A stretch of 64,000 nt of DNA from Nageia nagi (lineage: Eukaryota; Plantae; Pinophyta): contig JBITNC010000001.1 in NCBI GenBank assembly GCA_050084985.1, forward strand, positions 56,792,001 through 56,856,000, read 5' to 3'. Positions within the stretch are counted from its first letter, which is position 1. Each line of letters begins with the position of its first letter. Position numbers and translations under genes: made by a program. A model generated the notes under the pieces. It searched no databases. It had not been told where the DNA came from and saw nothing but the letters and a program-made list of their open reading frames with translations. This document shows positions 27,088 to 39,037 of the stretch, in pieces.

Positions 27088-27804
27088 TATATATGCCTAA
27101 AAATGATTTATTAATTATTTAATAAATCATATATTAGACTTCTCTTATAAATAAAAGCAAATTTATAAAAGTCAAGATAATGGTGTTATTACAAGGCAAT
27201 ATCATGTGCTAGGACCAATGTAATATTATTAATCATGATTTATATTTACAAGTATATTGAATATTACAAAGATTATATTATTGTTATAAGTCATATTTCA
27301 CTCCTTTCCATGTCTTTGCAAGTTATAAATGAAGGAGTTGGGGGTTGACATCCATATTGGATATATACGATAGGTGGTTGTCATATATCATCATATATAT
27401 AATGTATCTTGATGCCAACTAATTGAGAATATGTTATGCTCTAAGCTTTAGTTACTTGCTATTTCTTTCGTACCATGTAACTTAGCAGGTTTCACCACAT
27501 CCACATTATGAGAGAAGGTTGTAATCATAGTGTCTGCATCATGAATCTTTGTGATCTAGGGCATCATATCTTGAGAGTGATGAACATTGATCCAGGTAAT
27601 ATAATATATGTGAAAGCTCACCTCAAATCTGATCTGATCCTTTGTATGTTAGTGCTACATATTAAGGATTGTACATAGCTCCTACATCATCTTAGGTGCA
27701 CACTTTTCATATATTATTCATAGTAATTTTGGAAAAGTGTCATCTTATAAGTTATATTTATAATTATTGTGTTTCTTCATTGATACCATAATTTAGGGTC
27801 TACA
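27088..27804 (+). repeat. 5' LTR of the gypsy-type element
   Basis: Aligns with 38352-39037; followed by the PBS. Confidence 0.85.
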
Positions 27805-28491
27805 TATTAGTGAACCCAATGTGAACTACACTCCTATAATTTCATTCTAAGGCATCTTACTTTCATATTTATGAATCCTTTCACTCTATTATTCTATCCC
27901 TTACCTGATGTTCTTAGACTAATAGCTTAGAAGAATGATAATTCTAAGGTTTATTCCACTTTCATTCTAAATATATTTTTATGTACTGAGGAAAAACCTA
28001 TTATTTCTAAAGGTAGGGTTCAATTTGATGGAATTAGAAGAAGTAATAGGTTAAACCCTAACCTACTTGAGTAATTTCATAAACTAGATCCTAATTATAA
28101 AATTACAACTAATGAAGAAAATGATTTTGAATCCATTAATTCAAGTTATCGAATGAGTGTTATTTGTAATGCACTTAATACGTTTCATAATGATCTTCAT
28201 GAAGATGAGTTTGAAAGAGTTAACCTAAGTGATTGTATTAATACATCTGAGCACCTGGTGATCTTGATTTTATATCTTCTATATTAAATTTATAATTGAA
28301 TTGATGGATCAAAGTGATAGATTAGAAAATTTCATTACTAAAAATGTTGACGCTATCATTGACATATTGACAAGACATGAAATGTTAGATACCAATATGG
28401 ATCTTGGAACTTCATAATATTCAAATTCCTTATTTCAATATGATAATACAGGATCTTCGATATGTGGGCTATCTATACCAAAGAAGCGAAG

Positions 28492-28970
28492 TGTTGTGTG
28501 TGGAGCATGATTGTTCAGAGTTGTTTATTTTAGCCGGATGTATATCCCAGGAAGCTAAAAACGTTTGAAAAATTACCTTGTAAAAGTAAAGTAATTTCTA
28601 GTCAATCTGGGCCGTTTATTAGGCAAATAATCTGACGGTTGAACTTATGTTTGGTTTAGGGATTTTTTCCCTAGATAAAAACCCCTCTTTTTGCATGTGG
28701 GCATTGTAACAGATGTGATTTGGTGAGCGAGAAACAGATACATGAGACTGTGAGAGAAAACAGAGGATATTACAGCAGATCTGCTGTAGGTTGTATCTAT
28801 TCACTTTGCTGGATAATACAAAAGGAAGGACTGGCTGTTTGGTGTGGACGTAGCCCAAACTGGGTGAACCACGTATATCTGTGTCTCTCTTATTTATGCA
28901 TTTTTTATGCTTATATTTCTAAAACATTTTTTGTGTTCTATTGCTCCGTAATAATTATAATTTCCTAACA
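28492..28970 (+). repeat. 5' LTR (479 bp)
   Basis: tgttgtgtg...cctaaca. Confidence 0.97.
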
Positions 28971-28972
28971 AC

Positions 28973-28984
28973 TGGTATCAGAGC
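28973..28984 (+). promoter_or_regulatory. Primer-binding site, tRNA-iMet
   Basis: tggtatcagagc, 2 nt after the LTR. Confidence 0.95.
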
Positions 28985-29045
28985 CGAAGGTCTATTTGGC
29001 TGATAAACTCGCAGGAAAGAAGGATTCCTCGTTCGAGTGGGAGCA

Positions 29046-32000
29046 ATGGCGGAAGATGGTAAGTTTAGGGTCGAGAAATTTAACGGCCAAAATTTCTCAC
29101 TATGGAAGATGCAAATGAAGATTATTTGTATCAAAAAGATCTATACCTACCATTGAGCGGAAAAACAAATAAGCCGACGAATATGACAGATGAAGAGTGG
29201 AACCTTCTCGATAGAAAGGCACTCGGAGCAATACAGTTGAGCCTCTTATGCTCATTACCAGAAAGTTGGAATGGTTTAGTAATGGCCATTAGTAACTCTG
29301 TGTTTGGATCTAGTACTTTAAAGTTTGATGATGTTGTCGGTGCTATCCTTAGCGAGGAAATACGATGGAAAAGCTCCGGTGAGACATCAGGAAATGCTTT
29401 GAGTGTAGATTCTAGGGGAAGAAAAAATGAAAAAGGAAAGAGCTCAAGATATCGCAGTAAATCAAAGAAAGGCAGATCCAAGTCCAGATCGGGGTTAGAG
29501 TGCTGGAATTGTGGAAAGAAAGGACACCTAAAGAGAGACTGTAGATCTCGGAAGGGAAAAGAAGGAGATGCACAACAAGAAAACAATCATGAAGCAAATG
29601 TGACAGGTGACGTGTTACAAGATGCTTTAATTCTTTCTTTCGAAAATATTAATGATTCCTGGGTGGTAGATTCAGGGGCTTCATTCCATGCCACACCTGA
29701 TAAGAAATATTTTCATGACTATGTTCAAGGAGATTTTGGACAAGTTCGTTTGGGTGATGATAAACCTTGTAAAATTATTGGAATGGGTAAGGTTCTTGTA
29801 AAATAGCAGAATGGAAACCAATGGCTACTAAAGGAGGTAAGGCATGTTCCAGAACTAAGGAAAAATCTGATTTCAACAGGGCAGTTAGGTAGTGAAGGTT
29901 GTGTGACAACTTTCATAGATAAAGCTTGGAAGGTCACCAAAGGAGCCCTGGTAATAGCAAGAGGAGAAAAGGTTGGTACATTGTATTTATGAAATGGTAT
30001 TTCTAACTCTGTTAATGCTTTAACATCCAAAGGAGTAGATGCAGCATTATGGCATCATAGGCTCGGACACATGAGTGAAAAGGGGATGAAGATTCTTCAC
30101 TCAAGAAATTTGTTGCCAGATTTGAAGAATGTTGATTTGGATTTCTGTGAGAATTGCATTTATGGAAAACAGAAGAGAGTCAGATTTCTCAAAGTTGGGA
30201 AAGAAAAGAAGAGCCAAAAATTAGAGCTTGTGCATACAGATGTATGGGGACTGGCTCAGGTATCATCTCTCGGTGGCTCTCATTATTATGTTACCTTTAT
30301 TGATGATGCAACTAGAAAAACTTGGATTTATTATATTAAGAATAAATCTGATGTATTTGATACTTTTAAGAAATGGAAAGCTTTGGTTGAGATTGAGACA
30401 GGAAAGAAATTGAAGTGTCTTAGATCAGACAATGGAGGTGAATATTGCAGCAAAGAGTTTGATAGGTACTGTTCAGAACATGGAATTCGTAGAGAGAAGA
30501 CAGTTCCAAGAACACCACAAGAAAATGGTGTATCAGAAAGGATGAACAGGACAATCATGGAGCGTGCAAGGTGCATGAGATTGCATGCAGGATTGCCTTT
30601 ACAGTTTTGGGCAGATGCTGTAGATACTGTTGTTTATCTAATAAATAGAGGGCCTTCAAGTTCCTTGGATGGTGGTGTTCCGGAGGAAGCATGGACAGGT
30701 AAAAAGGTAAACTACTCTTTTTTAAAGCCTTTTGGTTGTGAGGCCTTTGTCCATATTGATAAAGAAAATAGAACAAAGCTTGAGGCAAAGTCAAAGAAAT
30801 GTACCTTTATTGGATATGGTGTTAATGATTTTGGTTATCGCTTATATGATTATGAAAATCACAAAATCATTAGGAGTAGAGATGTAATATTCAATGAAAA
30901 GGTCTTGTATAAGAATCAGTTGCAGGAAAAGAAACAAGAAAAAGAAAATAAGGAATACGTAGTTCTTGATGAAATCACTGGAAAAGTAAAGGTGCCTGAA
31001 AATAATAATAACCAACCACCACAACAACAACAGGCACCTCAAACACCTGAAAGTGATGTTAGAAGATCTACCAGGATAAGTAGACCCCTGAACGATACTC
31101 TCCTTCATTATATTATTTATTGTTGACTGATTCTGGTGAACCTGAATGTTATGAAGAAGCAATGCAGGTTGAAAGCAGGAAGAAGTGGGAGGTAGCCATG
31201 GAAGAAGAGATGGACTCCTTAATGCATAACTAGACTTGGGACTTAGTTAGGTTGCCTGCAGGAAAAACTACATTGAAGAATAAATGGGTTTACAGGCTGA
31301 AGGAAGAAGATGGAGGAAAACAGAGGTACAAAGCTAGACTTGTGGTGAAGGGGTTTGCACAGAAGAAAGGTATTGATTTTGATGAAATATTTTCTCCTGT
31401 TGTTAAAATGACTTCAATCAGAACTATTTTAAGTCTTGTAGCAGCTGAAGATTTGCATCTTGAGTAGTTAGATGTAAAGACAGCCTTTCTCCATGGGGAT
31501 TTGGAGGAAGAGTTATATATGCAACAGCCACAAGGATATGAGGTGAAAGGGAAGGAGAAACTTGTGTGCAGGTTGAAGAAGAGCTTGTATGGCTTAAAAC
31601 AGGCTCCAAGGCAATGGTATCTAAAATTTGACAGGTTTATGTCCGAACAAGGTTACACTAGATGTCACTCTGATCATTGTGTTTATTTGAAAAAGCAAAA
31701 TGATGGCAGCTATATTATATTGTTATTGTATGTAGATGACATGCTTGTTGCAGGGTCTAACATGCAGGAAATAAATGTGCTCAAAAGAAAATTGGCAAAT
31801 TCATTTGCAATGAAGGATTTGGGAGCTGCAAAACAAATCCTTAGTATGAGAATCACTAGAGACAGGAAAAATCATAAATTGACATTGTCTCAGAATGAAT
31901 ACATACAAAAGGTATTGAAAAGATTTAATATGCACAATGCAAAACCAGTTAGTATACCTTTTGCTAGCCATTTCAAACTTAGTAAGGAAATGTGCCCAAA

Positions 32001-32691
32001 GACCCAAGAAGACATGGATTATATGTCTAAAGTTCCATATGCATCAGCAGTTGGAAGCTTAATGTATGCAATGGTCTGCACAAGGCCTGATATTGCACAT
32101 GCAGTGGGAGTTGTAAGCAGGTACATGAACAATCCAGGAAAGGAACATTGGATGGCAGTGAAATGGATTCTCAGATATTTGAAAGGTACCACAAATCAAG
32201 CATTATGCTTTGGTGGTTCAAACATTTCCCTACAGGGATATGTTGATGCAGATATGGCAGGTGACAGAGATAATAGGAGGAGCACTACAGGATATGTATT
32301 TACTGTTGGTGGAACAGCTGTCAGCTGGGTTTCAAAAATCCAAAGTGTTGTTGCACTTTCAACAACAGAAGCAGAGTATGTTGCTGCTACAGAGGCTAGT
32401 AAAGAAATGATTTGGTTACAAAGGTTCATGGGTGAATTGGGTAAGGAGCATGATATGGGGACGTTATACAATGATAGCCAAAGTGCCATTCATCTTGCAA
32501 AGAACTTAGCATTTCATTCTAGGACTAAACACATACAGCTTAAGTACCATTTCATACGATCAGTGTTGGAAGATGGAGAATTAAAGCTGGAAAAGATACA
32601 TACTAGCCAGAATCCTGCAGATATGCTAACAAAAGTTGTAACCAGGGAGAAACTGAGAATATGCTTAGTTTCAATTGGTCTTCAAGGATGA
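29046..32691 (+). pseudogene. Copia gag-pol polyprotein (zinc knuckle, protease, integrase, RT, RNase H), disrupted
   Basis: Starts MAEDGKFRVEKFNG; CWNCGKKGHLKRDC, WVVDSGASFH, LWHHRLGH, LRSDNGGEY, YKARLVVKGF, YVDDML, HSRTKHI. Stops at 29804, 29990, 31231 and 31465; -1 frameshifts at ~29118 and ~31088; internal gag deletion at ~29243. Confidence 0.95.
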
Positions 32692-32787
32692 CTATGAAGA
32701 TGAGAAACAGCCAGGTCCAAAGAGGAGTCATTGTCTAGCAAAAGAAGCAGCGGTGGAGTTGCTACAATCATTCTCCAAGTGGGAGAT

Positions 32788-33266
32788 TGTTGTGTGTGGA
32801 GCATGATTGTTCAGAGTTGTTTATTTTAGCCGGATGTATATCCCAGGAAGCTAAAAATGTTTGAAAAATTACCTTGTAAAAGTAAAGTAATTTCTAGTCA
32901 ATCTGGGCCGTTTATTAGGCAAATAATCTGACGGTTGAACTTATGTTTGGTTTAGGGATTTTTTCCCTAGATAAAAACCCCTCTTTTTGCATGTGGGCAT
33001 TGTAACAGATGTGATTTGGTGAGCGAGAAACAGATACATGAGACTGTGAGAGAAAACAGAGGATATTACAGCAGATCTGCTGTAGGTTGTATCTATTCAC
33101 TTTGCTGGATAATACAAAAGGAAGGACTGGCTGTTTGGTGTGGACGTAGCCCAAACTGGGTGAACCACGTATATCTGTGTCTCTCTTGTTTATGCATTTT
33201 TTATGCTTATATTTCTAAAACATTTTTTGTGTTCTATTGCTCCGTAATAATTATAATTTCCTAACA
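32788..33266 (+). repeat. 3' LTR (479 bp)
   Basis: Matches the 5' LTR except for 2 transitions; followed by TSD CGAAG. Confidence 0.97.
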
Positions 33267-36039
33267 CGAAGCACCAACATCATGCTAACCTACAATAACA
33301 CTATGAATGCCTTAGAATTTATACCTCTTGATGGCATAAGAGGAGCAAGAAAATGAATGCAATGAAGATGCTTTCAAAACTCCAATATAACCACCAGAGC
33401 AACTTGAAATAGCTATAATCCTTAAGTGTGTTCAACAAGATAAAGGTAAGCATATCTTGACTAAACTTAAATAATCAAAATATGTAAGTGATCAAGTTGT
33501 TGCAATAATTACTAAAGCTTATAACAAGAAACCTAATTGTAGTCAAGAGGAACATGACATAAAATTTGATGTTCTTATAGATGCATAAGAATCTATTAGT
33601 TTTCAAAAAGCTATTTGTGACCAATAGTTAGATTATTTGTTTGATTTATTGGATAAAATAGAAGAGAAAAGATTTAATAGAATTGGTCCCTTCTTAAAAC
33701 TTAAAGAAGAAAAGTTAATACATGCCCAAGGAGTTTAACAACCTCCTCCTAACATCATCCCCTCAAAATAGTCAACATATGGTTCTACCTTTAGTTTCAC
33801 AAACTATACCTATAATTTCGTCTCCAGTTTCACATGTACTTATAATTCCACCTTTAGTTTCATAACCTATACCTATAATTCCACCATCTATTCCACATCC
33901 CAGAGTTTCACATCTGGTACAATAACCTATAGTTTCACCTTTGATTACATAATCTATTCCCATAGCTAAAAAAACCCTATTTCAAGCCTTCAAGAAAGAG
34001 TTGCATAAATAGAAGAAATTTTTTATAAGAAAATTGAAGATTATTTCTTTTGTTTAAAATGTCCATTAAGCAGTCGGATTGCTTGCAAGGTTTTGAATTG
34101 TAAAAAAAAGCATTAGGTTTTAAAAATTTGATGGTTCTCATGTTAGAAACTTTCAAGAGAAAGCTATTGAATTTGTTCATGATTGTGATATGCTTACTAA
34201 ATTATTTTTTATTAGCTTAAAGGATGATGCATTGAAATGTAATTTGATCTTCTTAAAAAATGTATTGATAAATATGAAGATCTTGTTATTAACTTTTTGA
34301 ACATAAACCCTAATTCAAATATTTGTATAGAATTAAGCAAGCAAGTAATCAATCTCTAATTGATTTTATGCCAATGTGGTAGAAAGCCACAAATATAATT
34401 ATTTCTCCTAAATAAAAACTAAAAGAAACTATTATGGATGCATTGTTACTTCATTTTAGATTAGAAGTGATTGATTTAGATAAAAACCATTGGGTAAGTA
34501 GATAAATAGATTTTTTAAAAAGGAATCTTGCATCATCCAAAACTATAAAGAACTTCAAAAGATAGTTACACCAGAAGTAAATAATCATGTAAGTCAAAAA
34601 CAAATAACTACAAATGTAAATGTTGATAAGAAACCAACTCCACCAAAATGGAAGTTTACAAAACTAAATGAAAATGTTGATGATCAATGTTATTAATGTT
34701 TTATTACAAAAATATCTTATTGAGCTTCCGCTTATTGTTTAACATCATTTTTCAAATGGTGTCCCTGAAAATTATTGATTTGAAGAACTTTGTAATTATC
34801 ATAGGACCCAATGACATCTAATCGTAAATTGTAGGACTCTAAGAAATATCATACATGATTTCATTGATGAAAAGGCCATTTGAATTGATGATGGACCATC
34901 GCAATATGATATTGATCTCGTTTACCCCAATAATGGTCAATTGGATATCTTCTCTAATCCATTTCCCAAAATAAGTCAACCACCAAAAGGGTTAGTTGGA
35001 ATGGTAAGTAAACTAAACTCCTTTTAATATTATTTATCTAACACTTGTAGGTATAAACAATGTAGACAGTCACCAACAATGAGTCAAAAAGCTTACACAA
35101 AAGATTAAAGCACTCGATACCAAAGTTCACATAGCACTCACATCGTGGACACCTATTTCCATGGCATTGATGTCATGCTATCAAGACCTAAGAAAGTGTT
35201 AATTTTTGTTCCTACATTCTTTAAGTGTAAGTGGGTTCCTAAGACAACCCAACAATGCCATATCATAGTTTGAAATAATTTTTATTTGTTCTTAATTATA
35301 TAGTACTTTGTTTTTATTTCATTATTTCTATTACATTTTTATTTATTATTTCATTCATCTATTCGTTCCATTGTGTTTCTAGGTGCTTTCTAAAATTTTA
35401 CCTCATACATTTTTCTCTAAAATTTGTAGTTTTTCATAGCATCGATGTCATACTTGCTGAAGGTAAGGTGTCCATGCCATGCATTTTCCTAAATAAAAGA
35501 GAAGTATTCATTTTTGTTTGTTATAAGCAATTGTTTAATATACACATAATCATATATACATGCTACTTTTTGTAAATTATCATCAATGCAACATATTATC
35601 AAGTTTTTTTGTAAAATTTTACCAAGTATAAATAGAATGCATTTATTTCTTGTACTGACATGTTTATGGCATTTATTATTTGCATTTATTGCTTCACTTT
35701 CACATGCATTCATCCGTTTAAATACATAAGCATGAAATATAAAATGAACACATAAATAAACATTGTTTGAACCACTAAAAATTGAATATGAATATATAAG
35801 TATGTGTACAGGTATCATAAGTGGATCCTACTACTACTATTGTTGCCACTCTCTGCCCTCCTAGACCTTTTAACACTACTATCTCCTGAATAAACATAGA
35901 GGATAGAAAAATCCCACTAGTACTAATATCATTTATAGCCAACAAAGCTTTGGCTTTCCCATATTTTTATCAAAGGGTAACCAACTTATCATTCAAATCA
36001 ATAAAGGCCCAAGACTCATTGGGAGGTGGCATGTCAAGT

Positions 36040-37312
36040 ATCTCCTATAGTCTCTTCTTCTCCTACTCTAACTTAATAATACGAGCCTCATGCTTTGCAA
36101 CTTGGCCTCCAAGGTAGCAATACGAGCATCTGAATCATTTGTTACAAAACCATAATGATACTTGTAAATAAAATTAAATTAAAGATAATAAAAACTCAAA
36201 CAAAATATTATTATTGATATCAATAAAACTTGTAAGTGATTTGTGTACCTGCAAGAGAGGAAGAAAAGGTGACAAGCAGAATAGCCTCAACAATCAACCG
36301 AATGCCCCTCATAGCATCGCTTGGGGCAGAAGCAACTGAAGTAGTAGGAGGTGGCGATGGCATATCAGGCAGGCCATCATACCCACCATCTACATCGTCA
36401 TCATCATCAGTAGACTCTGAAAAAGATACGTCCATGGAATAGTCCTCATCAAACTCTGAAATACCAATTGGGGTTGGCCTAATTCCCTCCCACCATACAT
36501 CATATCCATCCATAGCACCAGGAGCAAAGGAAACCTCAGCAGCAACGTCTCTCTCCAATGGCTCCTCCAACGGTGGTCTTCCATATTGGCATGATTAAAG
36601 CACCCTCATGAGCATCCCAATCCACCATCTGCCGCAGATAATAAGTTGCTATTTTCGGAATGTCCTGAGTGAGGCCAAATTGGTGCAGTACACGCCTAGG
36701 ATAATAAGGCTCCATGCCTCTCCTTCATGTTTGAAGAAAATAATGCTGCCTCACCCATATAAAATGATGAGCATTCTCATCCCAGAAAAATTTCTGATAA
36801 GCAACCCCAATAAGGTCCTTCGGCTGCAAAGAATCAAGGTACCCTATAGCACCCAAGCACAGAGGTCCAACAAAACATGGCAAGATCTGTCTCATCACGC
36901 ACACGAGGCCTAAAGATAATATATGCTCGTATGCCCACACCTGAAGAAGAGAGGCATAAGCAACAGTGATGTTGGATTTTCCCACTGTGATAATGTGATG
37001 TAAATCCTAATAGAGTTGGGCTAAAACATAAGGTACCCATGCATATACAGTACCCCGAACATAGATATCTCGTACTATATATAGAATACCAAGTGTGAAA
37101 GTGGTCTCTCAACGGCTTATCAATCACCATCTGCCATGAAGCTGGTCAAAAGAGAAAACTGAATAGTTAAAACTCGGTAATGGGCTCCACTCCGTGATGA
37201 AAATTAGCTCCAAATAGTCAAATGGGCTCCCGAGTCTCCACAACAGGAAGCAGACGGGTGAGTAACCGCAAACCAAAACGCCATGTGAGTAGGATACAAA
37301 ATGATAGATCAT
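36040..37312 (-). pseudogene. Plant Mobile Domain (PMD, MAIN/MAIL-like) remnant, antisense within the gypsy element
   Basis: From ~37054 (minus): GTVYAWVPYVLAQLY*DLHHII...ASLLQVWAYEHI, matching the PMD hallmark YAWG..VLA.LYR.L...LLQ.W..EH. An acidic/Pro-rich segment (36220-36570) follows. Confidence 0.75.
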
Positions 37313-38351
37313 TTTATCTTTTCCCTTGTAAATTTTTCACTCAAACCCTAGCTTAAATTTAGTGTTGCAAAATACTGAAAATTATACATGCAATTTATGA
37401 TTTTAATGGCTTTTCGGCTTCAGAATTATGTTAAACGAATGCGGTTTCTTTTTGAAAAATAAATTCTGTGAATCTCACAGCGTGGACACCCTACGTCGTG
37501 GGGAGCATCCATGCCGTAAATTTACTATAAATTTTATAAAATATTGCATAGTATTTTATTTTCTGAAAATCTTTGGATGCAAATGCAATAACTTGTGAAT
37601 TATAATGGAATTGAGATCAAATTATTATTATTGACAAAGTTATAGAAGATAGGATTTGAAAAATTTACGAAAATAATGGCATTGACATCGTGTTGAATCT
37701 TCTTTCATGGTATTTATGTCGTCCATATTACTGAGTTGATTGAAAAAATCGAGCTTTTATTTATATTGGGCCACTAAATACTCTGAAAATCTACCATTTT
37801 ACATTGACATAGCATGTGAATTCTTCGTGAATATCTTTTGAATGCAATATAGGTTCTACTAATGAATTTGCAAATGCAAGCCATGGCAACAATGTCATAT
37901 TTTCATATGATCATGGTTTCTATCTTAGGCTTGGGGCATATATCGACCTTTTTACTTGGTTATTTCTTCATAAAGGTTATTAGTCACAATGGTGATAGTC
38001 TGCAAAATAGACATTATATTGATTTCATCTTTGCTTCTATATTGATTATTCTTTCAACGAATATAATCTATGTGGGTATTATCTCTTTTGTTCTTTCAGT
38101 TCATTTACAAGAGTAAGGCCAAAGGCACCATCAATCCTCCATACAAAAAGATGAAGTTTTGGCTTGACTACCCCGCACGATATACTAGTAGCAATCAAAT
38201 CTAAAAGGGAAAAAATGAGATATCGTATTTGGCATAACGATCGTTTTAGAGAAGTACAATTTACTATTGAAATATTTTCTACTTATTTATGCTTATTTGG
38301 ATTATGCAATTTCATAATATTTTTTCATTCCATATCCAAAAAAGGGCAAAA

Positions 38352-39037
38352 TACAGATGCTTAAAAGTAATTTATTAATTATTTAATAAATCATATTTTA
38401 GATTTCTCTAAGAAATAAAAATAATATTACAAAAGTCAAAATAATGGTGTTATTACAAAGCAATATCATGTGTTAGGCCCAATGCAATATTATCAATCAT
38501 GTTTTACATTTACAAGTATCTTGAATATTACAAAGATTATATTATTGCTATAAATCAAATTTCACTCCTTTCTATGTCCTTGCAGGTTATAAATGAAGGA
38601 GTTGAAGGTTGGCATCCTTATAGGATCTCTCTGATAGGTGGTTGTCCTACATAATCATATTTACGATGTCTTTTGATTTAAGAATTTGTTATGCTCTAAG
38701 CTTTAATTACTTGCAATCTCCTTCGCACCACCTAACTGTTGTGAGAGAAGGTTGTAACCATAGTGTCCACGTTGTGACTTTTCATGATCCAAGGCATCAT
38801 ATCTTAAGAGTGATGAGCATTGATCCAAGCAATAGAATATCTATGAAAGCTCGCTTCAGATCCAATCTGATCCTCTGCATATCAATGCTACATATTGAGG
38901 ATTATACATAGCTCCTATATTGTCTCAAATACACATATTTCATATATTATTCATAGTAATTTTGAATAAATGTAATCTTATAAGTAGACTTTATAATTGT
39001 TGTATTTCTTCATTGGTACCACAATTTAAGGTCTACA
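38352..39037 (+). repeat. 3' LTR of the gypsy-type element
   Basis: Preceded by a PPT and followed by TSD CAACT. Confidence 0.85.

Larger units (their letters stand above)
28492..33266 (+). mobile_element. Young, near full-length Ty1/copia LTR retrotransposon (Tork/Tnt1-like), defective
   Basis: 479-bp LTRs at 28492-28970 and 32788-33266 differ at 2 sites. TG...CA ends, TSD CGAAG, PBS tggtatcagagc at 28973, PPT ccaagtgggagat before 32788, domain order gag-PR-IN-RT-RH. Confidence 0.97.
27088..39037 (+). mobile_element. Old non-autonomous Ty3/gypsy (Tat/Ogre-like): gag remnant, no pol, antisense PMD remnant; hosts a nested copia
   Basis: LTRs at 27088-27804 and 38352-39037, ending gtctaca. 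TSD CAACT at 27083-27087 and 39038-39042. PBS-like tagtgaacccaatgtga at 27808 (degenerate complement of the tRNA-Trp 3' end). PPT aaaaaagggcaaaa before 38352. Gag motifs FFISLKDDALK (~34210) and CNYHRTQ.H....C..L...I (~34790). Confidence 0.85.
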
